NCBI RefSeq assembly: GCF_008065095.1
Contig: NZ_CP042911.1
Coordinates: 3,780,001 to 3,812,000, forward strand
From: Gemmata obscuriglobus
GTDB lineage: Bacteria > Planctomycetota > Planctomycetia > Gemmatales > Gemmataceae
Reading direction: 5' to 3'
Length of the DNA: 32,000 nt
In this document: positions 23,422-32,000 of the stretch, in pieces
How positions within the stretch are numbered: the first letter of the stretch is position 1
Layout: each line of letters starts with the position of its first letter
Translations under genes and position numbers: made by a program
The notes under the pieces: generated by a model
What the model was told of the DNA's origin: nothing
Seen by the model: the letters and a program-made list of their open reading frames with translations, nothing else
Database searches by the model: none

Positions 23422-23484
23422 TGGTTTTCCTAAACATGAGACCCGCATGGGCTGAAACGAAACCCCGACCATTCGCCTATCCCA

Positions 23485-24474
23485 CTACCCGTTCTGAACG
23501 ATCGCACCGGACCGCAGCCGATTAATCGCGTCGAGCGCGGTTGCGAGCCGCTCGGCCGGTGTTCCGAGGACGCGCACGAAGGAGCGGTTATCGGTGGTCA
23601 GCTCGTTCACGAAGGTTTGGTGCATCCAGTCGCGGATTCGTTCGCCGTCGCGGGTGCCATCTTGGAAGAACGGCGTGTTGATGTCGGTGAGGAGGTACAG
23701 GTCGGGCCGGCGGTGCGCGCGGGCCACGGCGTCCACCTCGGCGGACCAACTGCCCATGTACCGCCGGTGCCACACCCGTGTGGCGAACGCGTCGGTGTCG
23801 CAGACCAGCACCCGGTTCGCCCGCCGCGCGGCGGCGTCCTCGCGCTCGCACTGCCCGCGCGCGATGGTCACGAACTCCTCCGGCGCCCACACATCGGGTT
23901 CGCCGCGGGCCGCCTTTTGTTCCCAGTATTCACGGCCGTACTCCGGAACCCAGACCGTCCCGAGCGCGGCGGCCAGGTCGGCGGCGAGAGTCGTTTTGCC
24001 GGTCGATTCGGCGCCGATCAGGACGACGCGCCGCGCGTAAAAGCCGCGAACGGGCGGGTCGAGAAAGTCCCAGTTCGCGAACGGGTCCGCCCGCACCGCG
24101 GTGCCCGAGACGGGAACCGCGGCCCGCTGCCGATCGACGAGCACGTGGCGGCAGCCGAGGTGCGCCGCGAAGGGCTCGCCGTAGCTCTCGGAGGTGAAGA
24201 CCACCTCGGGCGCGAAGCCGAGCAGGGCGGTGCAGACGGCGGCCCACACGCGCGAGTCGTTGGGGTCGTACCGGTCGTCGATCAGGTGGACCGTTGCGCC
24301 GGGGTGGATCTCCCGAATCCACCGCGCCCGCACGTCCGCGGGCGGGTGTTCCCCCGGCCGCGCGCAGACAACCACGTGGACCTCGTCCGCCTGGGCCAGT
24401 GCTGTGTCGATGAGCAACTTGTGACCCCGGTGCGGCGGGTAGAACTTGCCGACCACCAGTCCCCGCGTCTTCAT
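23485..24474 (-). CDS. nadR: NadR-type bifunctional NMN adenylyltransferase / ribosylnicotinamide kinase (no HTH domain)
   Basis: The ATG at 24474 gives MKTRGLVVGKFYPPHRGH, the nucleotidyltransferase (H/T)xGH motif. A second domain carries the P-loop GAESTGKTT. The start overlaps the pnuC stop as ATGA. Confidence 0.85.
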   Translation of the reverse strand: MKTRGLVVGKFYPPHRGHKLLIDTALAQADEVHVVVCARPGEHPPADVRARWIREIHPGATVHLIDDRYDPNDSRVWAAVCTALLGFAPEVVFTSESYGEPFAAHLGCRHVLVDRQRAAVPVSGTAVRADPFANWDFLDPPVRGFYARRVVLIGAESTGKTTLAADLAAALGTVWVPEYGREYWEQKAARGEPDVWAPEEFVTIARGQCEREDAAARRANRVLVCDTDAFATRVWHRRYMGSWSAEVDAVARAHRRPDLYLLTDINTPFFQDGTRDGERIRDWMHQTFVNELTTDNRSFVRVLGTPAERLATALDAINRLRSGAIVQNG

Positions 24475-25169
24475 GTCACGTCCTTCGCGAGCCGGTGGCG
24501 CCATTCGATCAACCCCGACACGCACATGAGCAGAAGCAGCGCGGACAGGGCGGCCGTCAGGTACATCTCGCGTGAGAGGAACAGCGCCACGGCCACCTGA
24601 TCCACGACGATCCATGCGAGCCACGTTTCGACGTACCGGCGGTTCAGGAGCCACTGTGCCGCCAGACTGAGGGTCGTGACGAACGCGTCCAGCGTGGGGG
24701 CTGCGCCGTTAACGACTTCGAGCCACTTCATCAGTCCGAACCAGACCACGGGGAACAGCGCCGCCAGCGCGGTCAGTTCGCCGAGGGGCACGCGGCGCAC
24801 GCTCAACTCCACTTCGCGGCCGCGCGCCCAGGCGATCCACCCGTGAAGGCTCAGCGCGATAAACACGATTTGGAGGCCGGCGTCTGCGAACAGCCTCCCT
24901 TCCGCAAAGAACGCCAGGTATGCGGCGCAACTGACGATGCCGACCGGGAAGTTCCAGATGCTTCGGGCTACGACCAACAGCACGCAGCCGGCCCCGGTCA
25001 GCACCGCCACGATCTCGAGCCAAGAGAAGGGCACCGCTCCGAACGCCCGGCCGACCAGAAGCCCAACTGCTGTGATCGCAAACAGCAACCCGGCGACACG
25101 CACGCCGCGGCGGTGCGAGGGCCGGACCTCTGTGGGCGGGTTCGTCGCGGGTTCGTGCCGTTCGCCCAT
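24471..25169 (-). CDS. pnuC: Nicotinamide riboside transporter PnuC
   Basis: The product is a multi-TM protein (WLEIVAVLTGAGCVLLVVARSIWNFPVGI...LHGWIAW...TLSLAAQWLLNRRYVETWLAWIVVD) located directly upstream of nadR. I prefer the start at 25169. The ORF-track start at 25262 would lie 1 nt from the divergent gene's ATG. Confidence 0.8.
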   Translation of the reverse strand: MGERHEPATNPPTEVRPSHRRGVRVAGLLFAITAVGLLVGRAFGAVPFSWLEIVAVLTGAGCVLLVVARSIWNFPVGIVSCAAYLAFFAEGRLFADAGLQIVFIALSLHGWIAWARGREVELSVRRVPLGELTALAALFPVVWFGLMKWLEVVNGAAPTLDAFVTTLSLAAQWLLNRRYVETWLAWIVVDQVAVALFLSREMYLTAALSALLLLMCVSGLIEWRHRLAKDVT

Positions 25170-25263
25170 CTGTTGGTTCTCGTGGCTCGCGGGAGCAACT
25201 CCGCCCGCTGGGGTCGCTCGTAGAGTATGCCCGAGGGAAACAGAAGCCGTAGCGGAAATCATA

Positions 25264-26250
25264 ATGCGGGTCTTCGTTTACGAGTACATGACGGCTCTCG
25301 GAATCGGGCGCGAACCGCACACGCCGGAACACGGCATGTACCTCGAAGGGCGCGCGATGCGGGACGCGCTGCTGGCGGATTTCGGGCGCGTCGAAGGTGT
25401 GGAGGTGCTTGCGGTTCCGGATGCGGCGGCACCTGTCGGGTCGGACGGTTTTGAGGATTTGCGCAGCGGGGCGGTTGCGGACTGGACGCTAGTTGTGGCG
25501 CCCGAGACGGATGAGATCCTGTTTCGCCACGCGCAGACGGTCGAGCGTGAACCGCAGAGCGGGCAACTTCTCGGGTGTTCACCCGCTGCCATCGGACTAA
25601 CGTCGGACAAGCTCGCGCTCGCCGAGCACTGGCGTGCTCACGGGGTCCGAACCCCCGCCACCAGCGACCGGGAGCCGACGCCGTGCGAGGCGTTCCCGGT
25701 GGTGTGGAAGCCGCGCGACGGGGCCGGTTCGACCGACACGTTCCTGATCCGGGACCGCTTTGAACTGGCGTCGGCGCTGGCCGCACGTGACGGGGGGCGG
25801 TCGATGATCCTTCAGGAGTTTGTGGCAGGTACGCCCGCGAGCGTGGCCTTTCTGTGCGGTCCGCGTGCTCAGATGCCTCTGCTTCCGGCAGTTCAGCGGT
25901 TGAGCACCGACGGGCGGTTCAAGTACGAAGGCGGTGAACTGCCGATCCGGCCGGAACTCGCCGGTCGCGCCGTCAGCCTGGCTCGTGCGGCTGTCGTGTG
26001 TGTGCAGGGACTTTTGGGGTACGTGGGGGTCGATCTCGTACTGGGTGACCGATCCGACGGTTCGCGGGATTTTGCCATCGAGATCAACCCGCGGCTCACG
26101 ACCTCCTACATCGGGCTGCGGGCGCTCGCGGACTTCAACGTTGCGGACGTGATGCTCGCGGTCGCGAGTGGACGAGATGTGGAGCCGCTGAAGTGGAAAC
26201 CGGGGCGTGTGCAGTTTGGGGCGGACGGGCGGGTGACAACGCGGTGCTGA
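25264..26250 (+). CDS. ATP-grasp domain-containing ligase, substrate unknown
   Basis: The ATG at 25264 gives MRVFVYEYMTALG. ATP-grasp motifs are VVWKPRDGAGSTDTFLI, MILQEFVAGTPASVAFL and GYVGVDLVL...FAIEINPRLTTSY. Confidence 0.7.
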   Translation: MRVFVYEYMTALGIGREPHTPEHGMYLEGRAMRDALLADFGRVEGVEVLAVPDAAAPVGSDGFEDLRSGAVADWTLVVAPETDEILFRHAQTVEREPQSGQLLGCSPAAIGLTSDKLALAEHWRAHGVRTPATSDREPTPCEAFPVVWKPRDGAGSTDTFLIRDRFELASALAARDGGRSMILQEFVAGTPASVAFLCGPRAQMPLLPAVQRLSTDGRFKYEGGELPIRPELAGRAVSLARAAVVCVQGLLGYVGVDLVLGDRSDGSRDFAIEINPRLTTSYIGLRALADFNVADVMLAVASGRDVEPLKWKPGRVQFGADGRVTTRC

Positions 26251-26667
26251 TTGCGGGGCGCCGGGTGCGGGAACGATACCGCATCGACTGGACGCTGACT
26301 GGCCTCTCGCGGGCCGATCGCTACCGCCCGACTGGCAATCCGCTGGTGCGTCGCTACCACGGGGCACTCGCGCCGGGCCTTGAATGCGGCTCCCTGAGGC
26401 GAACGAATGCGGTCCGGATGGCATCAAGATTGCGAGTCGCAACAGATTGTAGATACGGCGTTTGCGCCCTGGTTGATTGCGCGGGTCGGGGCGATTGCTG
26501 TTCAAGAATCAGGGGCGTCTGGCCCGTTTCGTGGGGCAAGACGGCGCGAACTTTTGGGAGTGCTGCGAGAGAAATGCCCGATGTGCCAGTTGCCGTTCTG
26601 CGAGGGGAAGGCGTTTGCTTGCCTCCATCGCGCACCGACCGGGCGAGCGGCCGGTGCGCGTCGGCGA

Positions 26668-28533
26668 TTACTTCTTCGCGGCGTTCAAAAGCTGTTCCGC
26701 ACGGGCCGAGAGCGTGCGGGCGTGTTCCACCCGGCCCGGGAACCCGGCGTGGGCGCTCGACTGCCCCTCGTAGGTGCGCCACGCGGAAAGGGCCGTTTGC
26801 CACTGGGCCGCAGCCTCCTGGCGCAACCGGGTGGCTTCCGGGCCGCTCGCCCGCTCCACGCGGACCTGCGCCCGCTCCGCGATCTCGTGCTTGCACAGCG
26901 CCAGCAGAAGGGTCGCTTCGGCCAGGCCGACTTCCGACGCCGCCCGGTCCACGATGTACTGTGCCCCGGGCTGCTTCCACTGGGCCTCGATCTGGCCGAG
27001 CTTCTGGCCTACGAGTTCCTTGTTGTTTTGGATCTCCGCCCGGCGCGCTTCCGGGTACAGCTCGTTCATGGCGTCGACCCAGTCGCGGATCTGCTGGTCC
27101 GCGTCCTTGTTCAGCCGGAGCCGTTCCAGCCCGCTGGAGAACATCTCTTGCTTGTTCACGAGGTCCTTCGCCGCGTCCTGGAACTGCCCGCGCTGGATCC
27201 GCTCGCGCGGGTTCGGGGGCTCGATGAACGAGCCCCCGATCGCACCGGCCGCCATCGCCCAGAGCCGGCTCCGCGCCGGGGCGGCCTCTTCGGTCAGCGT
27301 GTTCGGCACGCGGAACACGCCGAACGGGAGCTGCTCGCGGCGGAACGCGTCGTACAGGCGCTGCCCGGTCTCGCCGCGGTCGGAACCGCCGGCGTCCGCC
27401 GGGAGCAGCGACCGCGCGACCCGTCCGTAAGCGAACGGCTCGTCGGACGGGTTCCAGAACGCGGGCTTCGGGTCCGGGAACGCGGCCCGCAGCTTGGCGG
27501 GGTCGAACGCCAGGTTCACGTCCAGGTCGGTGCGCAGGCGGTCGCCGGCGGTCGCCATGCGCGGCGCCAGGGAGTTGACGGGCACGGCGAGGTAAACGGT
27601 TGCGGCCTTCGCGTCGGCGAGCGTCGCCCCGCCCGCGTTCGCCGGGTCCTCGAACCAGGCTTTTGCGGCGTCGGGGTTCGCCCGCAACTGTTTCAGGGTG
27701 AACGGGACCGCGGCCCCGCGCCACGGGTCGTACAGCCGCACGTCGTCGCCCGTTCGGACCCCGACCGCCCAGAACGGGCCGCGCGGTGCCAGCCCCGCGA
27801 CGTTGGGGACGGGGGCGTTGGCGGGCGCGGAGACCTGGAACACCACGTTCGCGGCGCCGGCGCCGGGGCGACCGACCAAACAGGCGTCGAGGTTCAACTG
27901 CTGGAGCAGGGCGAGCAGCACGTAGGCGCGCTCGAGCCCGGAGCCGGACCCGCGGCGCAGCACCGCGGTCGGCGCGACGGAGGTTGTTCGGAAGGTGTGG
28001 ACGACGGCGTTGCCGTTGAGCGGTTGGGCCCCGAGGTGCCACGCCCACGGCTGCAAGTACACCTGCCGGCACACCCACGCCAGAGCGACCTCCGCCCGGG
28101 CCTCGGGCGGCAGGGCGGCCAGCGCCAGCGACCGGGCCGCGTCCCGTAGGTAGAGGCAGTCCGCGATGTAAACGCTGTCGTGGCTGGTGAACCCCCCGGC
28201 ACGCACCTCCTCACGGTCTTCCGGGGTGAGCGGCACGACCTCGGTGAGCTTCGCCAGGTCGGCCTCCGACAGCGCCGGCAGCCGCTCCTTGTTTTCGGCG
28301 TTCAGCTCGGACCCCAGCGCCGTGAGGGCCACGCGGACGGTCGTCGGGTCGGTGTCCTTCTTGAGCCGCTGGGCGGCGTTGGCCCACGGGTTCACCTTCG
28401 GCCCCTCGGTTGCGGCGGGGCCGTCCACCTGGGCCGGGGGGCGGCCGCAACCACCGGCACCCGCGGCGAGGAGAAACAGTATGAGGGCGGCTCGGGGCCG
28501 GCGGGCGCCGGGAGCGCGTTCGGTACGGTTCAT
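26668..28533 (-). CDS. Hypothetical lipoprotein with transglutaminase-like core lacking the catalytic Cys/His, plus helical C-terminal region
   Basis: The ATG at 28533 gives MNRTERAPGARRPRAALILFLLAAGAGGC, a signal with a lipobox-like AGGC (alternative ATG at 28560). The core region VLRRGSGSGLERAYVLLALLQQLNLDACLVG...FWAVGVRTGDDVRLYDPWRG mirrors the transglutaminase-core layout. The gene lies 10 nt downstream of kdsA. Confidence 0.55.
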   Translation of the reverse strand: MNRTERAPGARRPRAALILFLLAAGAGGCGRPPAQVDGPAATEGPKVNPWANAAQRLKKDTDPTTVRVALTALGSELNAENKERLPALSEADLAKLTEVVPLTPEDREEVRAGGFTSHDSVYIADCLYLRDAARSLALAALPPEARAEVALAWVCRQVYLQPWAWHLGAQPLNGNAVVHTFRTTSVAPTAVLRRGSGSGLERAYVLLALLQQLNLDACLVGRPGAGAANVVFQVSAPANAPVPNVAGLAPRGPFWAVGVRTGDDVRLYDPWRGAAVPFTLKQLRANPDAAKAWFEDPANAGGATLADAKAATVYLAVPVNSLAPRMATAGDRLRTDLDVNLAFDPAKLRAAFPDPKPAFWNPSDEPFAYGRVARSLLPADAGGSDRGETGQRLYDAFRREQLPFGVFRVPNTLTEEAAPARSRLWAMAAGAIGGSFIEPPNPRERIQRGQFQDAAKDLVNKQEMFSSGLERLRLNKDADQQIRDWVDAMNELYPEARRAEIQNNKELVGQKLGQIEAQWKQPGAQYIVDRAASEVGLAEATLLLALCKHEIAERAQVRVERASGPEATRLRQEAAAQWQTALSAWRTYEGQSSAHAGFPGRVEHARTLSARAEQLLNAAKK

Positions 28534-28543
28534 GCGGGTCGGC

Positions 28544-29392
28544 TCAGGTGGCAGTGGCATCGTCGGGGCGGTTCAGTGCCGCGCGGATCCTCACGCACTC
28601 GGCGATCACGCGCGGCAGCACGTCGAGCGGGATCATGTTGGGGCCGTCGCTCTTGGCCTCGTCCGGGCGCGGGTGGGTTTCCAGGAACACCCCGTCGCAC
28701 CCGGCGGCGACCGCGGCCCGGGTCACGACCGGCACCATCGCCCGGTCCCCGCCGGTGCGGTCCCCGAGCGCCCCTGGCTTCTGTACGCTGTGCGTGCCGT
28801 CAAAGATCACCGGGGCACCGGTTTCTTGCATCCACGGCACGGACCGCATGTCGTTGACCAGCATCCCGTAGCCGAATGTCGTGCCGCGTTCGGTCAGGAG
28901 GACGTTCCCGGTGCCGAACTCGGACAGCTTGGCGACCACGTTCTTCATATCCCACGGGGCCATGAACTGCCCCTTTTTGACGTTCACCACCCGCCCGGTG
29001 CGGCCGCACGCCTCCAGCAGGTCCGTCTGGCGGGCGAGGAACGCCGGGACCTGCAGAATGTCGCACACCTCGGCGGCGGTCGCGGCCTGGGCGCACTCGT
29101 GGATGTCGGTGGTGACGGGAAGCCCGGTCGCGTCCTTCACCGCCGCGAGCGTTTTCAGCCCCTCCTGAAGTCCGGGACCGCGGAACGACTTGCCCGAACT
29201 CCGGTTCGCCTTGTCGAAGGACGCCTTGAATACCAACTGGAGGCCCAGCCGGTCCGCGTAGCTCTTGAGGGTTTCGGCGATCCGCAGCGTGAGGTCGTGC
29301 GACTCGATCACGCACGGCCCGCAGATCCACAGCAGCGGCCCGCCCCCGCCGACGCGGTACGGACCCACCGTGACGGCTCGTTGCGGCTCCAT
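28544..29392 (-). CDS. kdsA: 3-deoxy-8-phosphooctulonate (KDO-8-P) synthase
   Basis: An internal ATG at 29392 gives a 282-aa product. It carries [46 protein letters not shown] and [10 protein letters not shown]. Confidence 0.9.
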   Translation of the reverse strand: MEPQRAVTVGPYRVGGGGPLLWICGPCVIESHDLTLRIAETLKSYADRLGLQLVFKASFDKANRSSGKSFRGPGLQEGLKTLAAVKDATGLPVTTDIHECAQAATAAEVCDILQVPAFLARQTDLLEACGRTGRVVNVKKGQFMAPWDMKNVVAKLSEFGTGNVLLTERGTTFGYGMLVNDMRSVPWMQETGAPVIFDGTHSVQKPGALGDRTGGDRAMVPVVTRAAVAAGCDGVFLETHPRPDEAKSDGPNMIPLDVLPRVIAECVRIRAALNRPDDATAT

Positions 29393-29615
29393 CGGGGGCA
29401 GTCCTCTAATGTTAAAGGAGAATGCAACCGGTGCTGTACCGCCGAACACCGGGCGGGTGCAACCCCAAAACGAGCGGGGCGCGGATCGGAAAAAGTTGCT
29501 CTCGTTTTGTAAGAACGCAATTGGTAAAGTCCGCCGCCTTCCCGGTCCCGGGTGGTTTCCACTCGGAGGGACGGCCCCACCCACGGACGGGCGGGTTACG
29601 GCAGGAGGTTGTCGC

Positions 29616-31238
29616 GTGGCTCGCCGTCGATTGCGCCACAAACTGATGCTGGGCTTGGTCCTCGTGGCCGCGAGCATCGGCTTGCTGGCCTGTGGCGCAG
29701 CGTACGGCATTTACAACTACTACATCAGCTACAAGGTCACGCAGCGGAAGATCCAAGAGTTTCAGCACGTCACCCAACTGGTCGATGATTTAAACAAGAT
29801 CGATCGGTCCACGGACTCGAAACGCTACGAGCGGAACCTGGTTCAAGTCGTCACGGCCAAGAATCAGCTCAAGATAGTCAAGGAAGCGAACGAGAACGTG
29901 AAGAATGCCGGGCTCGACCCCGACAACGGGAACATGGAGAGCGGGTTGGTGAGCCAGCTCGAGGTTGAACTGGCCGCACTGATGGCTGCGGTGGACGGCG
30001 ACCTCAAGCCCCGGATCGGGATGCCCGACGGGAATAATACGGACCCGCTCATCCCGGTACACAGCCGGTGTGTGCAGATTGCCGAGCAGCTCCGACAGGC
30101 ACAGGTTGACGACATCAGGCAGAGCTGCGAAGAGTCGGTCGTAGCGGTTAAGCGGGCGATTTGGTCTACGGGTTTTGCGATGGGCTGGGCGCTGGCGCTC
30201 GTCGGCACCATGCTGTACTACTTCCGCGTGTGGATGTTCGCGCCAATCCGCGAGCTGCAAGGCGGGGTGCAGCGGGTTCACAACGGCATCTTCAACCAGC
30301 CGATCGTGCTGGACTCTGGCGACGAGCTTCAGGAACTCGCGGACGAGTTTAACGCGATGGTGGCGCGGCTCCACGCCGTTTACGCGGACCTGGCCCGACA
30401 GGTGACCGAGCGCAGCCGGCAGCTCGTGCGCTCGGAGCGGATGGTGTCCGTCGGGTTCCTGGCCGCCGGGGTCGCGCACGAGATCAACAACCCGCTCGCC
30501 AGCATCCTGTTCTGCTCCGAGGCGCTCGAGCGCCGGCTCCAGGAAACGCTCACGGCCCTGTCCGCCAACACCGCGGTCGCGCCGCCCGCCGACGCCGAAG
30601 TGCTGGCCCGTTACCTGAAGATGATCCAGCAGGAAGCGCTCCGCTGCAAAGACATCACCCAGAAGCTCCTCGACTTCAGCCGCACCGGCGACCGTAAGAA
30701 GGAGCCCGCGGACCTCACGGGGCTCGTGAGCGGCGTGCTGGAAGTGGCGCGGCACCTGCCGTCCAGCCGCGGGAAGCTGGTGGCGTTCGAGCCGACCGGG
30801 TACATCGTCGCCCCGATCAACGCCCAGGACCTCAAGAGCGTGATTCTGAACCTCGTTGTGAACGCGCTCGACAGCATGGACGACGGGGGCCGGCTGGACA
30901 TCACGCTGGGCACCGTCGCGGGGTACGCGGAACTGGCGTTCACCGACACCGGCTGCGGAATGGCGCCAGACGTGCTCGAGAACATTTTCGAGCCGTTCTA
31001 CACCAAGAGCCGCACAGGCAAGGGGACCGGACTGGGGCTATTCATCAGCCACCAGATCGTGGACCAGCACGGCGGCACCATCACCGCTTCCAGCCCCGGG
31101 CCGGGTGCCGGAAGCACGTTTACGGTTCGCATCCCTTTGCAAGTTGCGCCGGCCGTAGCGGACGCGCCAGGCGGGGACCCGGAAACCGACCCGGCCCCCG
31201 CTGTACTGACGTTCCCTGGCGGGCGCAACGCGGCATAA
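29616..31238 (+). CDS. Sensor histidine kinase (two TM helices, periplasmic helical sensor, HAMP, HisKA, HATPase_c)
   Basis: A GTG at 29616 is preceded by AGGAGG at 7-nt spacing; an alternative ATG is at 29646. The H-box is [13 protein letters not shown], the N-box is [10 protein letters not shown], the G1 motif is DTGCGM and the G2 motif is GTGLGL. Confidence 0.85.
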   Translation: MARRRLRHKLMLGLVLVAASIGLLACGAAYGIYNYYISYKVTQRKIQEFQHVTQLVDDLNKIDRSTDSKRYERNLVQVVTAKNQLKIVKEANENVKNAGLDPDNGNMESGLVSQLEVELAALMAAVDGDLKPRIGMPDGNNTDPLIPVHSRCVQIAEQLRQAQVDDIRQSCEESVVAVKRAIWSTGFAMGWALALVGTMLYYFRVWMFAPIRELQGGVQRVHNGIFNQPIVLDSGDELQELADEFNAMVARLHAVYADLARQVTERSRQLVRSERMVSVGFLAAGVAHEINNPLASILFCSEALERRLQETLTALSANTAVAPPADAEVLARYLKMIQQEALRCKDITQKLLDFSRTGDRKKEPADLTGLVSGVLEVARHLPSSRGKLVAFEPTGYIVAPINAQDLKSVILNLVVNALDSMDDGGRLDITLGTVAGYAELAFTDTGCGMAPDVLENIFEPFYTKSRTGKGTGLGLFISHQIVDQHGGTITASSPGPGAGSTFTVRIPLQVAPAVADAPGGDPETDPAPAVLTFPGGRNAA

Positions 31239-31412
31239 GTGGGATGCGAACGCGGCGAGTTCTGATTGACGATGGGCGGCGCGCAGGTCACGTCACTAAT
31301 CGCACTCTCAACCTCGCCAGTCGGGGACGACGAATCGGGGTTGTAAATACTGCAAGCCGGTTTATCTTCCCCTCCCGAACGAGACACCGGACGGACGAAA
31401 CGGAGACCGCGA

Positions 31413-32000
31413 GTGGCTACCACACCCGCTCACAACCGACTGCGAATCCTGTTCGTCGACGACGAGACGCACCTGCGGGAGTTCATGCGATCGGAGCTGC
31501 CCCGCCTCGGGCACGAGGTCACCGTTTGCGCGGACAGTAAGGCCGGGATCGAGACCGTCAAGAAGCAGACGTTCGACGCGGCCATCCTCGACATGCGGAT
31601 GGAGCACGACAAGGCCGGGCTCCAGGTGCTCGCCGCGCTCAAGCAGGTCGCCCCGGACACCGAGGCGGTCATCATGACCGGCTACGGCAGCACGGAGACC
31701 GCGGTCGAGGCGCTGCGCCTGGGGGCGTTCGACTACCTGACCAAGCCGTGCAAGCTGACCGACATCGAGGCGCTGCTCCTGCGCATCCAGGAGAAGCGGC
31801 GGCTGAAGCACAAGACCGCGGCCCTGGAGAGCCGGGTGCAGGCGGCGGAAGGGCCGGCCGGCCTGATCGGGGCCAGCGCGGCGATGGTGCCGGTGCAGCA
31901 GTTCATCCAGCGGGTCGGGCCGACCGACGGGCGGGTGCTCATCACCGGCGAGACCGGCACCGGGAAGGAAGTGGTCGCGCGGGCGCTGTACACGGCGAGC
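31413..32000 (+). CDS. Sigma54-dependent (NtrC-family) response regulator, N-terminal part (continues beyond window end)
   Basis: A GTG at 31413 is preceded by GGAG. The receiver domain carries RILFVDDE, AAILDMRM and YLTKP. The AAA+ start follows (LIGASAAMVPVQQFIQRV...VLITGETGTGKEVVARALY). There is no stop before the window ends, so it is not in the ORF track. Confidence 0.9.
   Translation, partial: MATTPAHNRLRILFVDDETHLREFMRSELPRLGHEVTVCADSKAGIETVKKQTFDAAILDMRMEHDKAGLQVLAALKQVAPDTEAVIMTGYGSTETAVEALRLGAFDYLTKPCKLTDIEALLLRIQEKRRLKHKTAALESRVQAAEGPAGLIGASAAMVPVQQFIQRVGPTDGRVLITGETGTGKEVVARALYTAS

Noticed and set aside
25170-25263. NAD-type riboswitch upstream of pnuC
   Set aside because: Only a short GGAG/CTCC hairpin is visible. 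I cannot recognise the conserved features of known NAD+ riboswitch classes by eye. The idea is left to an Rfam scan rather than claimed.
26354-28149. 574-aa minus and 580-aa plus ORFs overlapping the lipoprotein gene
   Set aside because: Their compositions are extremely Arg/Gly/Pro-rich. The 26668..28560 frame has a signal peptide/lipobox and a balanced composition.
29470-29500. Sigma54 (-24/-12) promoter near CGGATCGGAAAAAGTTGCT upstream of the histidine kinase
   Set aside because: GG to GC spacing is 10 or 15 nt depending on which GG is used, not the required 12-nt register of TGGCAC-N5-TTGC.

Overview
This is a high-GC bacterial chromosomal segment with many long GC-driven shadow ORFs. 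The gene content suggests a Planctomycetota (Gemmata-like) genome, but that is inference only. The relevant genes are an ECF sigma factor plus a large Ser/Thr kinase, a DUF1570-like HExxH protein, an HTH-receiver protein, and a glycine-rich RRM protein. I call about 30 protein genes, most of them housekeeping. A minus-strand cluster runs prfB (with its programmed +1 frameshift), tsaE, a HAD-like gene, a fabZ-like gene and trmB. Other recognisable genes are selB, ubiX, kdsA, a pnuC-nadR nicotinamide riboside salvage pair, an SDR, DedA, a LOG-family protein, a sugar-phosphate isomerase-type TIM barrel, an ATP-grasp enzyme, and a histidine kinase with a sigma54-type response regulator at the 3' edge. 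I saw no rRNA, tRNA, CRISPR array, transposase or integrase. The most unusual content is a lower-GC islet at about 3.65-6.2 kb with four uncharacterised genes. Two of these are adjacent proteins packed with Cys-Cys doublets, one with heptad-spaced CC motifs, and they have their own promoter-like and terminator-like signals. Other items worth a second look: an 81-nt palindromic array of ACAGGAT heptamers between convergent genes; a perfect 24-bp inverted repeat between prfB and tsaE; an ECF sigma/kinase pair with no anti-sigma factor and with selB between them; several apparently catalytically degenerate enzyme-like proteins (HAD-like, transglutaminase-like, receiver); and short direct-repeat arrays in two intergenic regions. 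All functional calls come from motif recognition by eye, and no database search was possible.
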